Positions 17,758-28,062 are shown, counted from the stretch's first letter. The stretch is 64,000 bases of DNA from an uncultured Gemmatimonadaceae bacterium (GCA_963781585.1 CAWAGQ010000006.1:96001-160000), one strand, 5' to 3'. Program-made: numbers and translations. Notes: generated by a model not told the origin, from the letters alone.

Positions 17758-20448
17758 GTGCTGCGCGACGTCCACGACCACGCTCTTCCGTCCGATCACG
17801 GAGCCTTCGTCGCCGGCGGGCCGCCCGGCGGTCGGATCATCGTCATCGCGCCCACGCGCGCGGCCTGCGAGACGATCGAGCTCGCGCTGGCCCTGCGTCT
17901 CGACACGGTCCTGGAGCGGGAGCACGGTGCCGAAATCCGCGCCCTGGCACGGGACCGCCGCGCCTTCGGCATCGTCGCTGGCACGGGGACGGGCAAGACG
18001 CTCGCCATCCGGCCCATCGCCGAAGAGCTCCTGGGGACCACCGGGCTGCGAGTGGGGGTGGTGAATCGCGAGCGGGAGGCGACACCCGAGACGCCGACCT
18101 GGAACGTCATCATCGTGACCACCGGCATCGCGAGGCGCTGGTTCGAGGATGGAGACATCCTCCCCGCCGACACGCTGGTGGTCGACGAGATCCACCAGAC
18201 GTCCGCCGAGCTCGAACTGTGCCTCGCCCTCGGCCGGCGCGTGGGATGTCGCTTCATCTGGCTCTCGGCCACCGTCGACCCGCGGTTCTACGCGCGATAC
18301 CTGAATTCGGCGGCGGTGATCGACAGTCGCGCGTTCGATGCCGCAAGAGCCGCCACCGTAAGAGTTGTGCGAGACGACGTCGCCGCGTTCTTGAGTGATC
18401 GCTTTCTGCAACACGTCGTGCGGCGCCGTCGCGGCGTTGGCGTGTTCCTTCCAACCCGAGCCGCGGTGGAGAGCGTCGCGGCCGACGTTGCGGCGCGCTT
18501 TCCACGCATCACCGCCGCGTTCTACCACGGCGGCGAGCCGATTCGCGTCATCCGTCCTTTTCTCGAGGACGGGGTGGCGAAACCCTACCTGCTCGCAATG
18601 ACCGCGGCGGGGCAGAGTTCCATCAACGTGAAGGGGCTGGATACCGTCGTCATAGACGATTCGCGCTTTGCCAACGTAGTCGAGAAGGGGCGCAACGTGC
18701 TCACGCGCCTGCATCTGGGCGCCAACGAAATCCTGCAGATGGCCGGGCGCGTTCATGGGCGGGTCGAGAACGGGGAAGTCTTCATCCTCAGCGATCGCGA
18801 CCTTCATTTCGACGCGCTGCAACCGACCGAGCCGGAGTTTCAGCTGGCTGGCGACTCGGAGCGCGTGGCGATCACCTGCGCGGCACTCGGCGTGCGAGCC
18901 GATGCGCTCGAGTTGCCGGTCCCCCTCGATCGCCGCGCCTACCGGAGTGCGCTGGCGTTGCTCGAGGAGCGCGGCATCGTGTCGGAAGGACGGCTCACGC
19001 GCTACGGCCGGCTGGTCGAAGCAACGCCGGTGGAGCGACCATGGGCGGAGCTGCTCGTCCATGCCGACGACGGTCTGCTGCCGTATGTCGCCGTCATGGC
19101 GTCGACCGAGTCACTTCACCGCATGACTCGTGAAGACCGGGACCTGAGCGGCCTGGTTGTCCCGGGGAGCGATCACCTCACGGCGTACAACGTATACGCA
19201 GACGCGTACACCCGGTCCGGATACGTCGGTCAGGTTTATGGCCTCGCGCGACATCTCTTCGACGAAGGGACGATCGCACAGTGGGCAGAGCGCCGCGGGG
19301 TGCTGGTTCGCGCGATCGAGGACTCGGCGCTCGCCGTGGCCAGTGTATGTCGCGCGCTGGAGGTGGAGCTCCCGCGCACGCTGCCGCGGGCGACCGATGA
19401 GGTGCGCCGCGGCTTCTGCGAGCTGGTGGCGCGGGTCATGCCGTTCGCGCTGGTGATCGACGAGGAAACGGTCGACGGCCAGGAGGCACGCGTCTCGAGG
19501 AGCAGCGTCTGTGGCTCGTGGGGAGCGATTGCGGGCGATCTGCGCTACTTCGCCGACCGTTTCGGCATCCCTCGCGCGAGCATCGAAGGCACGCAGCTTC
19601 CAATGTCCCTGGTACGGAAACACGCAGTTCGGGAGTCCGCCGAGTTGGCGTTCGACCCGACCGGAAAGAGGGACAGGCTCGTGCTGCGGAGCCGAGTGAG
19701 CTATTTCGGTTTCGAGCTCGAGCGGGCGGAGCAGCCGGTGGGGACATTCCCGGTCGACCAGGGGGCCCGGGCCCGCCGCCTTCTGGCTGAGGCGCTGGCC
19801 AGTGGAGAAGCGCGACACCCAGCCGTGCGGAGATACCGTCAGGTGATCGAGGAGACGCGTGAGCTGTTCCGCCGTTCTGGCGGGACCACGCCGCGGCTGG
19901 GCATCGCCGAGCTCGCGGCGATGTACGAGACGGCGCTGTCGGGCGTGATGTCGATGGAGGAATACCGTGCGGCGCCGCTGCGTCTTCGCCTGGACGAGCT
20001 GGTGCCCGAGGCAGAGCGCGAGCGGTTGCGTGATCTTCCGGACGCGGTCGAGCTGCGCGGCAAGTGGATCGGCATCGAATACGATCTCGAGGAGTCCGGT
20101 GCGGCGGAACAGGCGGACGCGAGTGAGTCGGGGCGCGGTGGTGCCGGAGATGCCGGCGGCAGCGGAGTGACGGCCGTCGCGCGGTTGCGGCTGCCGGAGA
20201 AGCTTGCTCGCGTGCTGACGGCCGACGAGCTGCCGGCGCTGGACCGGCCGCTGCGCTTCGTCGTGACGCGCGGGGCGCGGGGCGCGGTGCGCGCACCGAC
20301 GCTGGAGGCGATTCGTCGGGCGCTCGACGAGCCATCTTCGACGGAACGACCCGCTGTCGCCGGTCCTGTGGCGCGTCCCACCCACCCTCGGCGTCAGCGG
20401 CCGGAGGAGCGACGTCTGCCGCGCGGCCGCGGGCGCCGTCGTCGTTAG
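17758..20448 (+). CDS. DEAH/RHA-type (HrpB-like) SF2 helicase
   Basis: GTGTGKT, VDEIH, LSAT, FLPTR, QMAGRVHGR; HA2-like LTRYGR and SDHLTAYNVY. Confidence 0.85.
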   Translation: MLRDVHDHALPSDHGAFVAGGPPGGRIIVIAPTRAACETIELALALRLDTVLEREHGAEIRALARDRRAFGIVAGTGTGKTLAIRPIAEELLGTTGLRVGVVNREREATPETPTWNVIIVTTGIARRWFEDGDILPADTLVVDEIHQTSAELELCLALGRRVGCRFIWLSATVDPRFYARYLNSAAVIDSRAFDAARAATVRVVRDDVAAFLSDRFLQHVVRRRRGVGVFLPTRAAVESVAADVAARFPRITAAFYHGGEPIRVIRPFLEDGVAKPYLLAMTAAGQSSINVKGLDTVVIDDSRFANVVEKGRNVLTRLHLGANEILQMAGRVHGRVENGEVFILSDRDLHFDALQPTEPEFQLAGDSERVAITCAALGVRADALELPVPLDRRAYRSALALLEERGIVSEGRLTRYGRLVEATPVERPWAELLVHADDGLLPYVAVMASTESLHRMTREDRDLSGLVVPGSDHLTAYNVYADAYTRSGYVGQVYGLARHLFDEGTIAQWAERRGVLVRAIEDSALAVASVCRALEVELPRTLPRATDEVRRGFCELVARVMPFALVIDEETVDGQEARVSRSSVCGSWGAIAGDLRYFADRFGIPRASIEGTQLPMSLVRKHAVRESAELAFDPTGKRDRLVLRSRVSYFGFELERAEQPVGTFPVDQGARARRLLAEALASGEARHPAVRRYRQVIEETRELFRRSGGTTPRLGIAELAAMYETALSGVMSMEEYRAAPLRLRLDELVPEAERERLRDLPDAVELRGKWIGIEYDLEESGAAEQADASESGRGGAGDAGGSGVTAVARLRLPEKLARVLTADELPALDRPLRFVVTRGARGAVRAPTLEAIRRALDEPSSTERPAVAGPVARPTHPRRQRPEERRLPRGRGRRRR

Positions 20449-20960
20449 GCGTCGGGTACGTCGGCGGCGTAGGTTTCGGAGCGCCAGGGCCGGAATCCGC
20501 GGGCGAGGTAGTTCGGAAGGGCGGCCGGGTGGTCGAGGGTACAGGTGTGGAGCCAGACGCGTCGCGCGCCGAGTGCCCAGGCTTCGTCGGCTGCCCGGGA
20601 GAGGAGGAACCTGCCCAATCCGCGGCCGATGTAGGGTTGCGCGAGGCCGAAGTAGGCGATTTCCACCGAACCGTCCTGGTGTCGCACGAGCTCGAAATAG
20701 CCGGCGGGATCGTTCGCTACGCGAAGGATCCAGATGGCCACGTCGGGACGCGCCAGGTAGGCCGCCAACTGTCGGTGCGACCAGTGGTCCCGGTCGTGCC
20801 AGTGAAACGCGCGCCCCACCGACGCGTACAGGGCGCGGTAGAGGGCGACATCACAACGCACGTGATCCAGCGCCGCGGAAGGCTCGGGGGACGGGGCCCG
20901 GCGCAGCTGCTCGGGACTGTGCATCTCGAGCCAGGTACGGATCACGGTCACCGCGGGCAT
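20445..20960 (-). CDS. GNAT family N-acetyltransferase
   Basis: FGLAQPYIGRGLG acetyl-CoA motif; WLHTCTLDHPAALPNYLARGF. Confidence 0.9.
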   Translation of the reverse strand: MPAVTVIRTWLEMHSPEQLRRAPSPEPSAALDHVRCDVALYRALYASVGRAFHWHDRDHWSHRQLAAYLARPDVAIWILRVANDPAGYFELVRHQDGSVEIAYFGLAQPYIGRGLGRFLLSRAADEAWALGARRVWLHTCTLDHPAALPNYLARGFRPWRSETYAADVPDA

Positions 20961-21056
20961 GCGACCGGAGCGCCGATCGATTCCTGGTGCGAGCCGTGTA
21001 TCGGCGGGCGGAGCGTGGTTCGCAACGGACCGGCGCCCGCGCCAGGCGCCATCTCG

Positions 21057-21773
21057 TTAGGCGCTGACTTCTTCGCCCGGTAGCACCGGCGGGACATTCG
21101 TGGGGTGGCGGTCGTCGGCGCGTCCACGGGCGCGGAACCGCGCGGCCTTGGCGCGGTTCCCGCAGGTCGCCATGTCGCACCATCGCCGCCGTCCGTTCCG
21201 GGTGGAGTCGTAGAAGACCCGCGGACACCGCGGGTCGGCGCACTGTCGCACACGCACCAGCTCATTGTGGACCAGCGCCTCGGCGGCCGACTCGACCACC
21301 GGAATCATCAGCCCGGCGAAGGCGTCGCCGACGGGAACGAAGCTCTGCCGAAACGAACCGTCCGACCGCCACTCCACCCGGCGGGTGCCGGCGCTTCTGC
21401 CCAGGACCCGATTGATCTCCAGCAGCGCGTCGGCGCGGGTGCGCTCCGAGGTGGCGCCACGCTCCGCCAACGTGCGGAGGGCGGCCCGTACCCGGCGCGC
21501 ATCGACGAGGGCGGCGGCGGCGCCAGCGGGCTGCTGGACGGCGCGCCGAGCGATGCCGACGGCGCGCTCCGCATCCAGAACGCGCGTCGTCTCGAGCCAT
21601 CGCACGAGCGTGTCAAAATCGCGAAGCACGTCGACTCGCACGCCTCGGCGCGCGTCGTCGGTGTTCACGAAGTCGAGCCAGAGGCGCTCGCCGACGAAGA
21701 CGAACGGTACCTCCGACGAGTCGACGGACAACAGGGCGTGGCTCACAGGATCGTGGCGCAGGAGGAGCGACAT
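21057..21773 (-). CDS. ABATE/CGNR zinc-finger protein
   Basis: LDFVNT N-terminus; CADPRC...FYDSTRNGRRRWCDMATCGNRAK. Confidence 0.92.
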   Translation of the reverse strand: MSLLLRHDPVSHALLSVDSSEVPFVFVGERLWLDFVNTDDARRGVRVDVLRDFDTLVRWLETTRVLDAERAVGIARRAVQQPAGAAAALVDARRVRAALRTLAERGATSERTRADALLEINRVLGRSAGTRRVEWRSDGSFRQSFVPVGDAFAGLMIPVVESAAEALVHNELVRVRQCADPRCPRVFYDSTRNGRRRWCDMATCGNRAKAARFRARGRADDRHPTNVPPVLPGEEVSA

Positions 21774-21977
21774 TCCGGCCAAGCTTACGTGTCGATCCAA
21801 CGGCGTGCAAGCGAAGTCTCCCCCATTCCCGCCCGGCGCTAGATTTCCTCGCCGGCACCGCTCCGGTTCCCCTTGCCTCGAGCTGCGCACGCCTGATTCC
21901 CCACATCGATTCGTGACGGCTGAGAACGCGATTGTCGGTTCGGCGCACGCGATTCGGGCCGATGGCCGGAGAACCGC

Positions 21978-22451
21978 GTGAATCCCCCGCGCCCCTTCGT
22001 GGTGCACGAGTATGTGCGGTGGAGCGACGTCGATCCGATGGGCATTATCCGATACGACGCCTACACGCGCTTCTTCGAGCTCGCCGAGTCCGAACTGTTC
22101 CGTGCCGTGGGCGTGCCGCTCAGCGCGCTCCATGAGCGTTTCCGCATATCGATTCCGCGACGGGTGATGCACATGGAGTTCGTGTCGCCGCCGGTGCTCG
22201 ACGAGCGACTCGAGGTCCGCGCGTACGTGAGCAAAGTCGGAACCACGTCGCTGACTCTCAGCTTCGACATCCACGGCAGTGGCGGCCAGTTGCGATGTAC
22301 CGGCTATCTGGTGCTGGTGTGCGCGCAATCAAGTGGAGCGCGGATCACCAGGCGGGCATGGCCGCCGGAGCTTCTGACGCTGCTGGCCCCGTTCCGGCTT
22401 GCCACCGAGCAGGCTCGTGCCAGCGCCGTCTCATCACCGGGAGCGTCCTGA
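21978..22451 (+). CDS. Acyl-CoA thioesterase (4HBT/YbgC hot-dog family)
   Basis: VRWSDVDPMGIIRYDAYTRFFE motif. Confidence 0.85.
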   Translation: MNPPRPFVVHEYVRWSDVDPMGIIRYDAYTRFFELAESELFRAVGVPLSALHERFRISIPRRVMHMEFVSPPVLDERLEVRAYVSKVGTTSLTLSFDIHGSGGQLRCTGYLVLVCAQSSGARITRRAWPPELLTLLAPFRLATEQARASAVSSPGAS

Positions 22452-22524
22452 GTGTGGCAGGCGCCGTCTCGGGTCAGCCAACTGTTTCTCGGCCCGGGCG
22501 ACCTGCGTCTATATTCCACACGCG

Positions 22525-23790
22525 ATGGTGTCCCCTCTTCCCGACACGTACTACCGCAAGGGCCTAGGCCTCAAGGCCGAGGTGCAGGGCGACCTGTCTG
22601 CGGATTATGCGGGCTGGATCGTCGATGTTCTCCGGGAACGCGAGGGGGTGCTCACGGTAGGCGAGGTGACGGTGCAGTTGGCGCGCGAGTTCGGCTTCTG
22701 CTATGGCGTGGAGCGGGCAGTGGAATACGCGTACCAGGCGCGCCGCAAGTTTCCCGACCGTCGCATTTTCCTGGCCGGCGAGATCATCCACAATCCGCAC
22801 GTGAACGAGAAGCTGCGGCGCATGGGGATCGTGATTCTGGGCCCGCACGACCAGCGAGAGGACGAGCCGCGGTTCGACTACGCGGAGGTCGGGACCGATG
22901 ACGTGGTGGTGCTGCCGGCGTTTGGCGTTACCATCCGCGACTTCGAGGCACTGCGTGCACGCGGCTGCATCGTGGTCGACACGACGTGCGGGTCGGTGCT
23001 GAACGTCTGGAAGCGGGTCGAGAGTTATGCCCGCGACGGCTTCACCGCGCTGATCCACGGGAAGTGGTACCACGAGGAGACGCGGGCGACGGCATCGCAG
23101 GTGCGGCGTTTTGCCGACGGACACTACGTCATCGTGCGCGACATGAGTGAGACGCGGCTGGTCTGCGAGTTCATTGAAGCGCTGGGTGGCGGTGAACCGG
23201 ATGCGTCGCGGGTGGCCGCGTTTCGCGCGCGATTTGCCCACGCGGTGTCGCCGGGATTCGAGCCGGTGCAGCATCTGCGGCAAATCGGTGTGGCCAACCA
23301 GACCACCATGCTGGCGCGCGAATCGCTCGCGATCGGCGAGGAGGTGGGCCGAGCGGTGGAACGCGCCTTTGGCGCCCCCTACCGGGAGCGGCACTTCCGC
23401 ACCTTCGACACCATCTGCTCGGCGACGCAGGATCGCCAGGACGCCGTGTTGGCGCTCTTGAACGAGCCGCTGCACGCGATGGTGGTGGTGGGCGGGTTCA
23501 ATTCGAGCAATACGCTGTCGTTGGCCGCGTTGTGCGCCGAGAAGGTGACCACCTATCATGTCGAGGACGCCGCGAACATCGATCCGGCCGCGAACGAGAT
23601 CCGATATCGACCCACCGGCCGCCACGACGACGAGGCGGTGGCGCGGGACTGGATGCCGCGCACCGGGCCGGTGCGGGTGGGAATCACGGCCGGTGCGAGC
23701 ACCCCGAACAATCGCATCGGCGAGGCGGTGGCGAACATATTTGGTACCCGCGGGATCGCGCTCGACCGGCGAGCGCTGGATCCGGAGTAG
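22525..23790 (+). CDS. ispH: 4-hydroxy-3-methylbut-2-enyl diphosphate reductase
   Basis: FGFCYGVERA, IIHNPHV, DTTC, HEET, NQTT, TICSATQDRQ, SSNT, GITAGASTP. Confidence 0.95.
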   Translation: MVSPLPDTYYRKGLGLKAEVQGDLSADYAGWIVDVLREREGVLTVGEVTVQLAREFGFCYGVERAVEYAYQARRKFPDRRIFLAGEIIHNPHVNEKLRRMGIVILGPHDQREDEPRFDYAEVGTDDVVVLPAFGVTIRDFEALRARGCIVVDTTCGSVLNVWKRVESYARDGFTALIHGKWYHEETRATASQVRRFADGHYVIVRDMSETRLVCEFIEALGGGEPDASRVAAFRARFAHAVSPGFEPVQHLRQIGVANQTTMLARESLAIGEEVGRAVERAFGAPYRERHFRTFDTICSATQDRQDAVLALLNEPLHAMVVVGGFNSSNTLSLAALCAEKVTTYHVEDAANIDPAANEIRYRPTGRHDDEAVARDWMPRTGPVRVGITAGASTPNNRIGEAVANIFGTRGIALDRRALDPE

Positions 23791-23809
23791 CCCGACGCCC
23801 ACGCTTCCC

Positions 23810-24853
23810 GTGCGGTTTCCATTTCGTGCCAGACCGGAGAGGCACTTTCCGGCGCCTTCGGACTTCGGGTACGTGGAAGTGCGCGGCGGCGACAGCCGGG
23901 TGGTCTGTATCCCGTCGCTGGCCGGGAAGATCGTGGAACTCGAGCTCGCCGGCCGGCAATGGCTCTGGCACAGCGACAGCATTCCGTTCGCGCCGCCCAA
24001 GGAGGGCGCGAGTTACGCGGAGACAGCGGACAGCGGCGGAATGGACGAGTGTTTCCCGACGGTCAGCGCCTGCCGGATCCCAGGCTGGGTGCGCGCCTGG
24101 GGCGGGGTGGAGCTTCCCGACCATGGCGAGCTGTGGTCGCAGGTCCCGGAGCTCGAAATCGAGACCGGCCCCGAGGGTCAGGCGATCGTGACCACCTGGG
24201 AAGGGCGGCGGATGCCGTACCGCCTAACGCGAGTGGCGCGGGTGGCGCCGGACGGTGCGGTAGTGATGACCTACCATGCGGTCAACGACGCCACCGATCG
24301 CGTGCCCTTCATCTGGGCGGGGCATCCGCTCATTCCGCTCACGCCGCAGACCCAGCTGTTGCTGCCCGAGGGCGCCCCGATGCGCGTCTACGCCGCGCAT
24401 CGGGTGGTGATGGGAGACGCGCGTTCGCTCCACCACTGGCCGTTCGTGCGCGCGGCGGGACGGGTGCTCGACTTCCTCACCCCCTACAACGTGGCGAAGG
24501 AGTACGCCTGCAAGCTGTTCGTCGACATGCCGGCGGGGCGGGGGTACGCGCGGTTGCGAGAGGGCAGCGTGGAGCTCGAAGTGGCGTTCGATACGAAAGA
24601 GGTCGGTCAGTTCGGTCTCTGGATCAACCGGGGGGGCTGGAGTCCGAACAAGCGGCAGCGTCCGAACACCAACCTGGCGTTTCAGCCGTGCCTCGGCGCC
24701 CCCGACTCGCTGACCGACGCGCTGGGGGACTGGAAGCGTGCCCAGTGGCTCGATCCCGGACAGGTGCGTACGTGGTCGGTGACCTGGCGGGGTCGCGTGG
24801 TGCCGCCCGAGCCCGACGGCGACGGGATCGGCCCGTCGACGACCACCGAGTAA
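23810..24853 (+). CDS. Galactose mutarotase/aldose 1-epimerase-like protein
   Basis: GGMDECFPTV, LPDHGELWS, FIWAGHP motifs. Start uncertain; GTG 23810 chosen. Confidence 0.75.
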   Translation: MRFPFRARPERHFPAPSDFGYVEVRGGDSRVVCIPSLAGKIVELELAGRQWLWHSDSIPFAPPKEGASYAETADSGGMDECFPTVSACRIPGWVRAWGGVELPDHGELWSQVPELEIETGPEGQAIVTTWEGRRMPYRLTRVARVAPDGAVVMTYHAVNDATDRVPFIWAGHPLIPLTPQTQLLLPEGAPMRVYAAHRVVMGDARSLHHWPFVRAAGRVLDFLTPYNVAKEYACKLFVDMPAGRGYARLREGSVELEVAFDTKEVGQFGLWINRGGWSPNKRQRPNTNLAFQPCLGAPDSLTDALGDWKRAQWLDPGQVRTWSVTWRGRVVPPEPDGDGIGPSTTTE

Positions 24854-24903
24854 TCCCCGGGGCCGACCTAGAAAACGGCGTCCGCGGCGTCGATCTTACA
24901 GTC

Positions 24904-25983
24904 ATGTCGTCGCAGGAGCTGCCGCGATCGCGCGCCGCCGTGGCCACGCTCATCGGGACCGAGGGGAGCTCGCCCAAACGCCCGGGGGCCAAGATGTGGG
25001 TGGACGCCGACGGACGGATCCTCGGTTCAGTGACCATCGGCGGCTGCGTCGACGCGCGGGTGATCGAGGAATCGGCCCGCGTGCTCGCGGCGCGCGTGCC
25101 CTCGCTCGTTTCCATGTCGTTAGGCGACGAGGACGCGTGGGCGCTCGGAATGACGTGCGGCGGCACCGTGGAGGTGCTGGTGGAGCCGGTGGACCCGACC
25201 GATCCCGCCGACCCGGTGGCGCGCGCGCTCGATGAAGCAGGCCGGGAGGCCGACGCCGGTCGCCGCACGGTGGTGGTCGCCCCGCTCGATGGCGCCGTCA
25301 CGCGCCTGGTGATCCGCGAACACGAGCCACGAACCGGCACGCTGGGATCGTCGGCGCTGGACGACGCGGCCGAGGCCGCGGCGCGCGAGCTGCTGGCGGG
25401 CGGCGTGCCGGTGGTGCGCAGCGTCAGCGCCGAAGGGCAGGCGCATCGGCTGTATTTCGAGCCCCACGCGCCGCCGATCACGCTGATCGTGTTCGGCGCG
25501 ACCCATGTGGCGATGCCCCTGGTGGCGATGGCCAGGGTGCTGGGCCTCCGCACAGTGGTGGTGGATGGGCGCGAACGGTTCGCGACCCGCGAACGCTTCC
25601 CCGATGCCGACGAGATCATCGTCGGCATGCCGTCCGAGATCGCAGGCCGATTGCCGTTAGGCAGCGGGTCGCTGGTGGTGCTGCTGTCGCACGACTACAA
25701 GTACGACCTGCCGGTGTTGCGAGCCGTGCTGGCGAGCGACGCGGCCTACGTCGGGCTGCTGGGCAGCCGCCGACGTGGTGGTGCGCTGCTCGACTTCCTC
25801 GCCGACGACGGGGTACCCCCCGACCAACTGGCGCGCGTCCGGGTTCCGGTCGGGCTCGACATCGGCGCCGCCACGGCCGAGGAAATCGCGCTCAGCGTGC
25901 TGGCCGAAGCCTACGCCGTACACCGGCGGCGCCCGGGTGGTGCGATGCGCGATCGCGATCGGGGACGCGCGTCGACCGCGTGA
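24904..25983 (+). CDS. xdhC: XdhC/CoxI family molybdoenzyme maturation chaperone
   Basis: GSSPKRPGAKM, GSVTIGGCVD, GMTCGG, SHDYKYD, YVGLLGSRRR, PVGLDIGA..EEIALS. Confidence 0.9.
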   Translation: MSSQELPRSRAAVATLIGTEGSSPKRPGAKMWVDADGRILGSVTIGGCVDARVIEESARVLAARVPSLVSMSLGDEDAWALGMTCGGTVEVLVEPVDPTDPADPVARALDEAGREADAGRRTVVVAPLDGAVTRLVIREHEPRTGTLGSSALDDAAEAAARELLAGGVPVVRSVSAEGQAHRLYFEPHAPPITLIVFGATHVAMPLVAMARVLGLRTVVVDGRERFATRERFPDADEIIVGMPSEIAGRLPLGSGSLVVLLSHDYKYDLPVLRAVLASDAAYVGLLGSRRRGGALLDFLADDGVPPDQLARVRVPVGLDIGAATAEEIALSVLAEAYAVHRRRPGGAMRDRDRGRASTA

Positions 25984-27020
25984 AGACCGTCCGCGTCAGG
26001 CGCGCCGCGTTCGATGACGCCGCGATGGAAGGGTGGGTCCTGGCGCGCGACGTCGCCGACGCCTCCGGCCGCGTCGCTCTGTCCAAGGGCCGCATCCTCG
26101 CCCCGGACGACAACGCCCGACTTCGCGAACTGCCGTGGGACGAACTGCACCTGCTCGCGCCAGAGCCCGACGACCTGCACGAGAGCGACGCCGGATCGCG
26201 ACTGGCGCGCGCCGCCGCAGGCCCCGGTGTCGCACCGGGCCAGCTGAGCGCCGGACACTGGCCGCTCGTGGCGCAGCACCGGGGCATCCTCCAGGTGAAC
26301 GTGGCGGGGCTGATGGACGTGAACCGGCTCTGCGGCCTCGGCCTGTACACATTGTTCGACGGTCAGGTGGTGGATTCCGGTGAACACGTGGGACGTGCCA
26401 AGATCGTTCCGTTCCTGATTGCGGAGGAAATAGTTGTGCAGGCCGAGTCGCTGGCCTCGAGCGCCAATGGGCTGGTTGCGGTCAGGCCGTTCGGCCCTGT
26501 CACGGTGGGAGCCGTCGTCCAGGAGTCGCTGGGGGAGCGCGCATCGGCCCGGTTTCGCGACGCGTTGGCCGAAAAGGTCGAGTGGTTCGGGGCGCGACTC
26601 CTCGAGCCGCGGTTCGTCGCCCCAGAGGCGGACGCGGTTGCATCGGCGATCCGCGACATCGTGGCCGCCGGTGCCTCGGTGGTTACCGTGGCCGGTTCTC
26701 GTCCGATGGATCCGCTCGACCCGGCGTTCGAGGCACTCGACCGCGTTGGCGCGCGGGTGGAACGACACGGCGTGCCCGCGCATCCGGGCAGCCTGCTGTG
26801 GATGGCACGGCTGGGCGACATTCCGGTGATTGGCGTGCCGTCGTGTGGCCTGTTCTCGCGCGCCACCGTCGTGGATCTGGTGCTGCCGCGTCTGCTGGCT
26901 GGATTGCCGGTTGACGCGGCCTGGATGGCCGGACTCGGTCACGGCGGGTTTCTCACGCGCGACATGGCGTTCCGGTTCCCGCCGTACCGCCCGGCGCGCG
27001 ATCGGGGAGCGGTCACCTAG
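25980..27020 (+). CDS. Molybdopterin-binding (MoeA/MogA-like C-domain) protein
   Basis: DPLD..., GVPAHPGSLLW, IGVPSC, DLVLPRLLAG, LGHGG; typical neighbour of xdhC and mocA. Confidence 0.8.
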   Translation: MKTVRVRRAAFDDAAMEGWVLARDVADASGRVALSKGRILAPDDNARLRELPWDELHLLAPEPDDLHESDAGSRLARAAAGPGVAPGQLSAGHWPLVAQHRGILQVNVAGLMDVNRLCGLGLYTLFDGQVVDSGEHVGRAKIVPFLIAEEIVVQAESLASSANGLVAVRPFGPVTVGAVVQESLGERASARFRDALAEKVEWFGARLLEPRFVAPEADAVASAIRDIVAAGASVVTVAGSRPMDPLDPAFEALDRVGARVERHGVPAHPGSLLWMARLGDIPVIGVPSCGLFSRATVVDLVLPRLLAGLPVDAAWMAGLGHGGFLTRDMAFRFPPYRPARDRGAVT

Positions 27021-27023
27021 CAG

Positions 27024-28025
27024 ATGACGAATCCCTACAGTCCGACCCTCATCGCCCACTTCCGCAAGCCGCGGAATCGTGGATCCCTGGTCGCGCCAAC
27101 GATTGCGGAGGAAGGGACCAACCCACTGTGCGGCGATCGCGTGCGCATCGAACTGCTGGTGGAGGGTGGGATGGTGCGCGACGCCCGGTTCACGGCGAAT
27201 GCGTGCGCGATCTGCGTCGCGTCGGCATCGGTCCTGACCGATCTGGTCCGGAATGCGCCGCTCGATGAGGTCGAGACGCTCACCGTGGACGACCTGCTCA
27301 AGACGCTCAAGGCGACCGTACCATCGGCACGCATGAACTGCGTTCGGCTGCCGCTCACAGTGCTTCACGCGGGGGTCCGCCTCCATCGCCAGCGGCCCAG
27401 CGAGGGCGGGGCGGCGCCGGGTCGCCGGAGCAGCGCGGCCGGGATCGTCCTGGCGGCGGGGCTGGCGCGCCGCTTCGGCGCCCAGAAACTCGTTGCTCCG
27501 TTCGCCGGATCGACCGTGATCCGTACCACGGTGGATCGCTTGCGGGCGGCGCAGATCGACCCGGTGGTGGTGGTCGTGGGCCCCGACGGAGGCGCGATTC
27601 GGTCCGCGCTCAGCGGGATCGAGGTGTTGTGGGCGGTGAATCCGGAGCCGGCCCGCGGCATGTCGTCGTCGCTGGGTGCGGGGGTGGCCGCGCTGCCCCC
27701 GCATGTGGCGGCCGCGTTCGTCGCACTCGGCGATCAGCCGATGGTTGATGGGCTGGTGCTGGACCAGTTGATGGAGGCGTGGTGGCGCGGGGAGCGTCCG
27801 ATCGTGGCGCCGCGCTATCGGGGGCGGCGCGGCAACCCGGTGTTGTTCGATCGTTCGCTGTTCGCCGATCTGCAGGCGCTCGAGGGGGACCGCGGTGCAC
27901 GCGACTACATCGACGCGAACCGGGAACGGTTACAGGTCGTGGATGTGGATGACGCGATGCCGCTCGACGTGGATACGCCGGCCGACTACGATACGCTGCT
28001 GCGCGAGCAGCGCCCACCGCGTTAG
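27024..28025 (+). CDS. Fusion of an IscU/SufU-like domain and a MocA-like molybdenum cofactor nucleotidyltransferase
   Basis: N-terminal HFRKPRNRG, NPLCGD, ACAICVASAS, RMNC; C-terminal VLAAGLARRFG..K, GMSSSL, LGDQP, GNPVLF, GDRGAR, DVDTPADY. Confidence 0.85.
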   Translation: MTNPYSPTLIAHFRKPRNRGSLVAPTIAEEGTNPLCGDRVRIELLVEGGMVRDARFTANACAICVASASVLTDLVRNAPLDEVETLTVDDLLKTLKATVPSARMNCVRLPLTVLHAGVRLHRQRPSEGGAAPGRRSSAAGIVLAAGLARRFGAQKLVAPFAGSTVIRTTVDRLRAAQIDPVVVVVGPDGGAIRSALSGIEVLWAVNPEPARGMSSSLGAGVAALPPHVAAAFVALGDQPMVDGLVLDQLMEAWWRGERPIVAPRYRGRRGNPVLFDRSLFADLQALEGDRGARDYIDANRERLQVVDVDDAMPLDVDTPADYDTLLREQRPPR

Positions 28026-28062
28026 GCAGGACCGGGCCGCAGGCCCGGCCCTGGCTGACGCG

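Noticed and set aside
23959..24903. N-terminal extension of the xdhC ORF (674 aa)
   Set aside because: Overlaps the mutarotase-like gene; XdhC motifs begin only after 24904.
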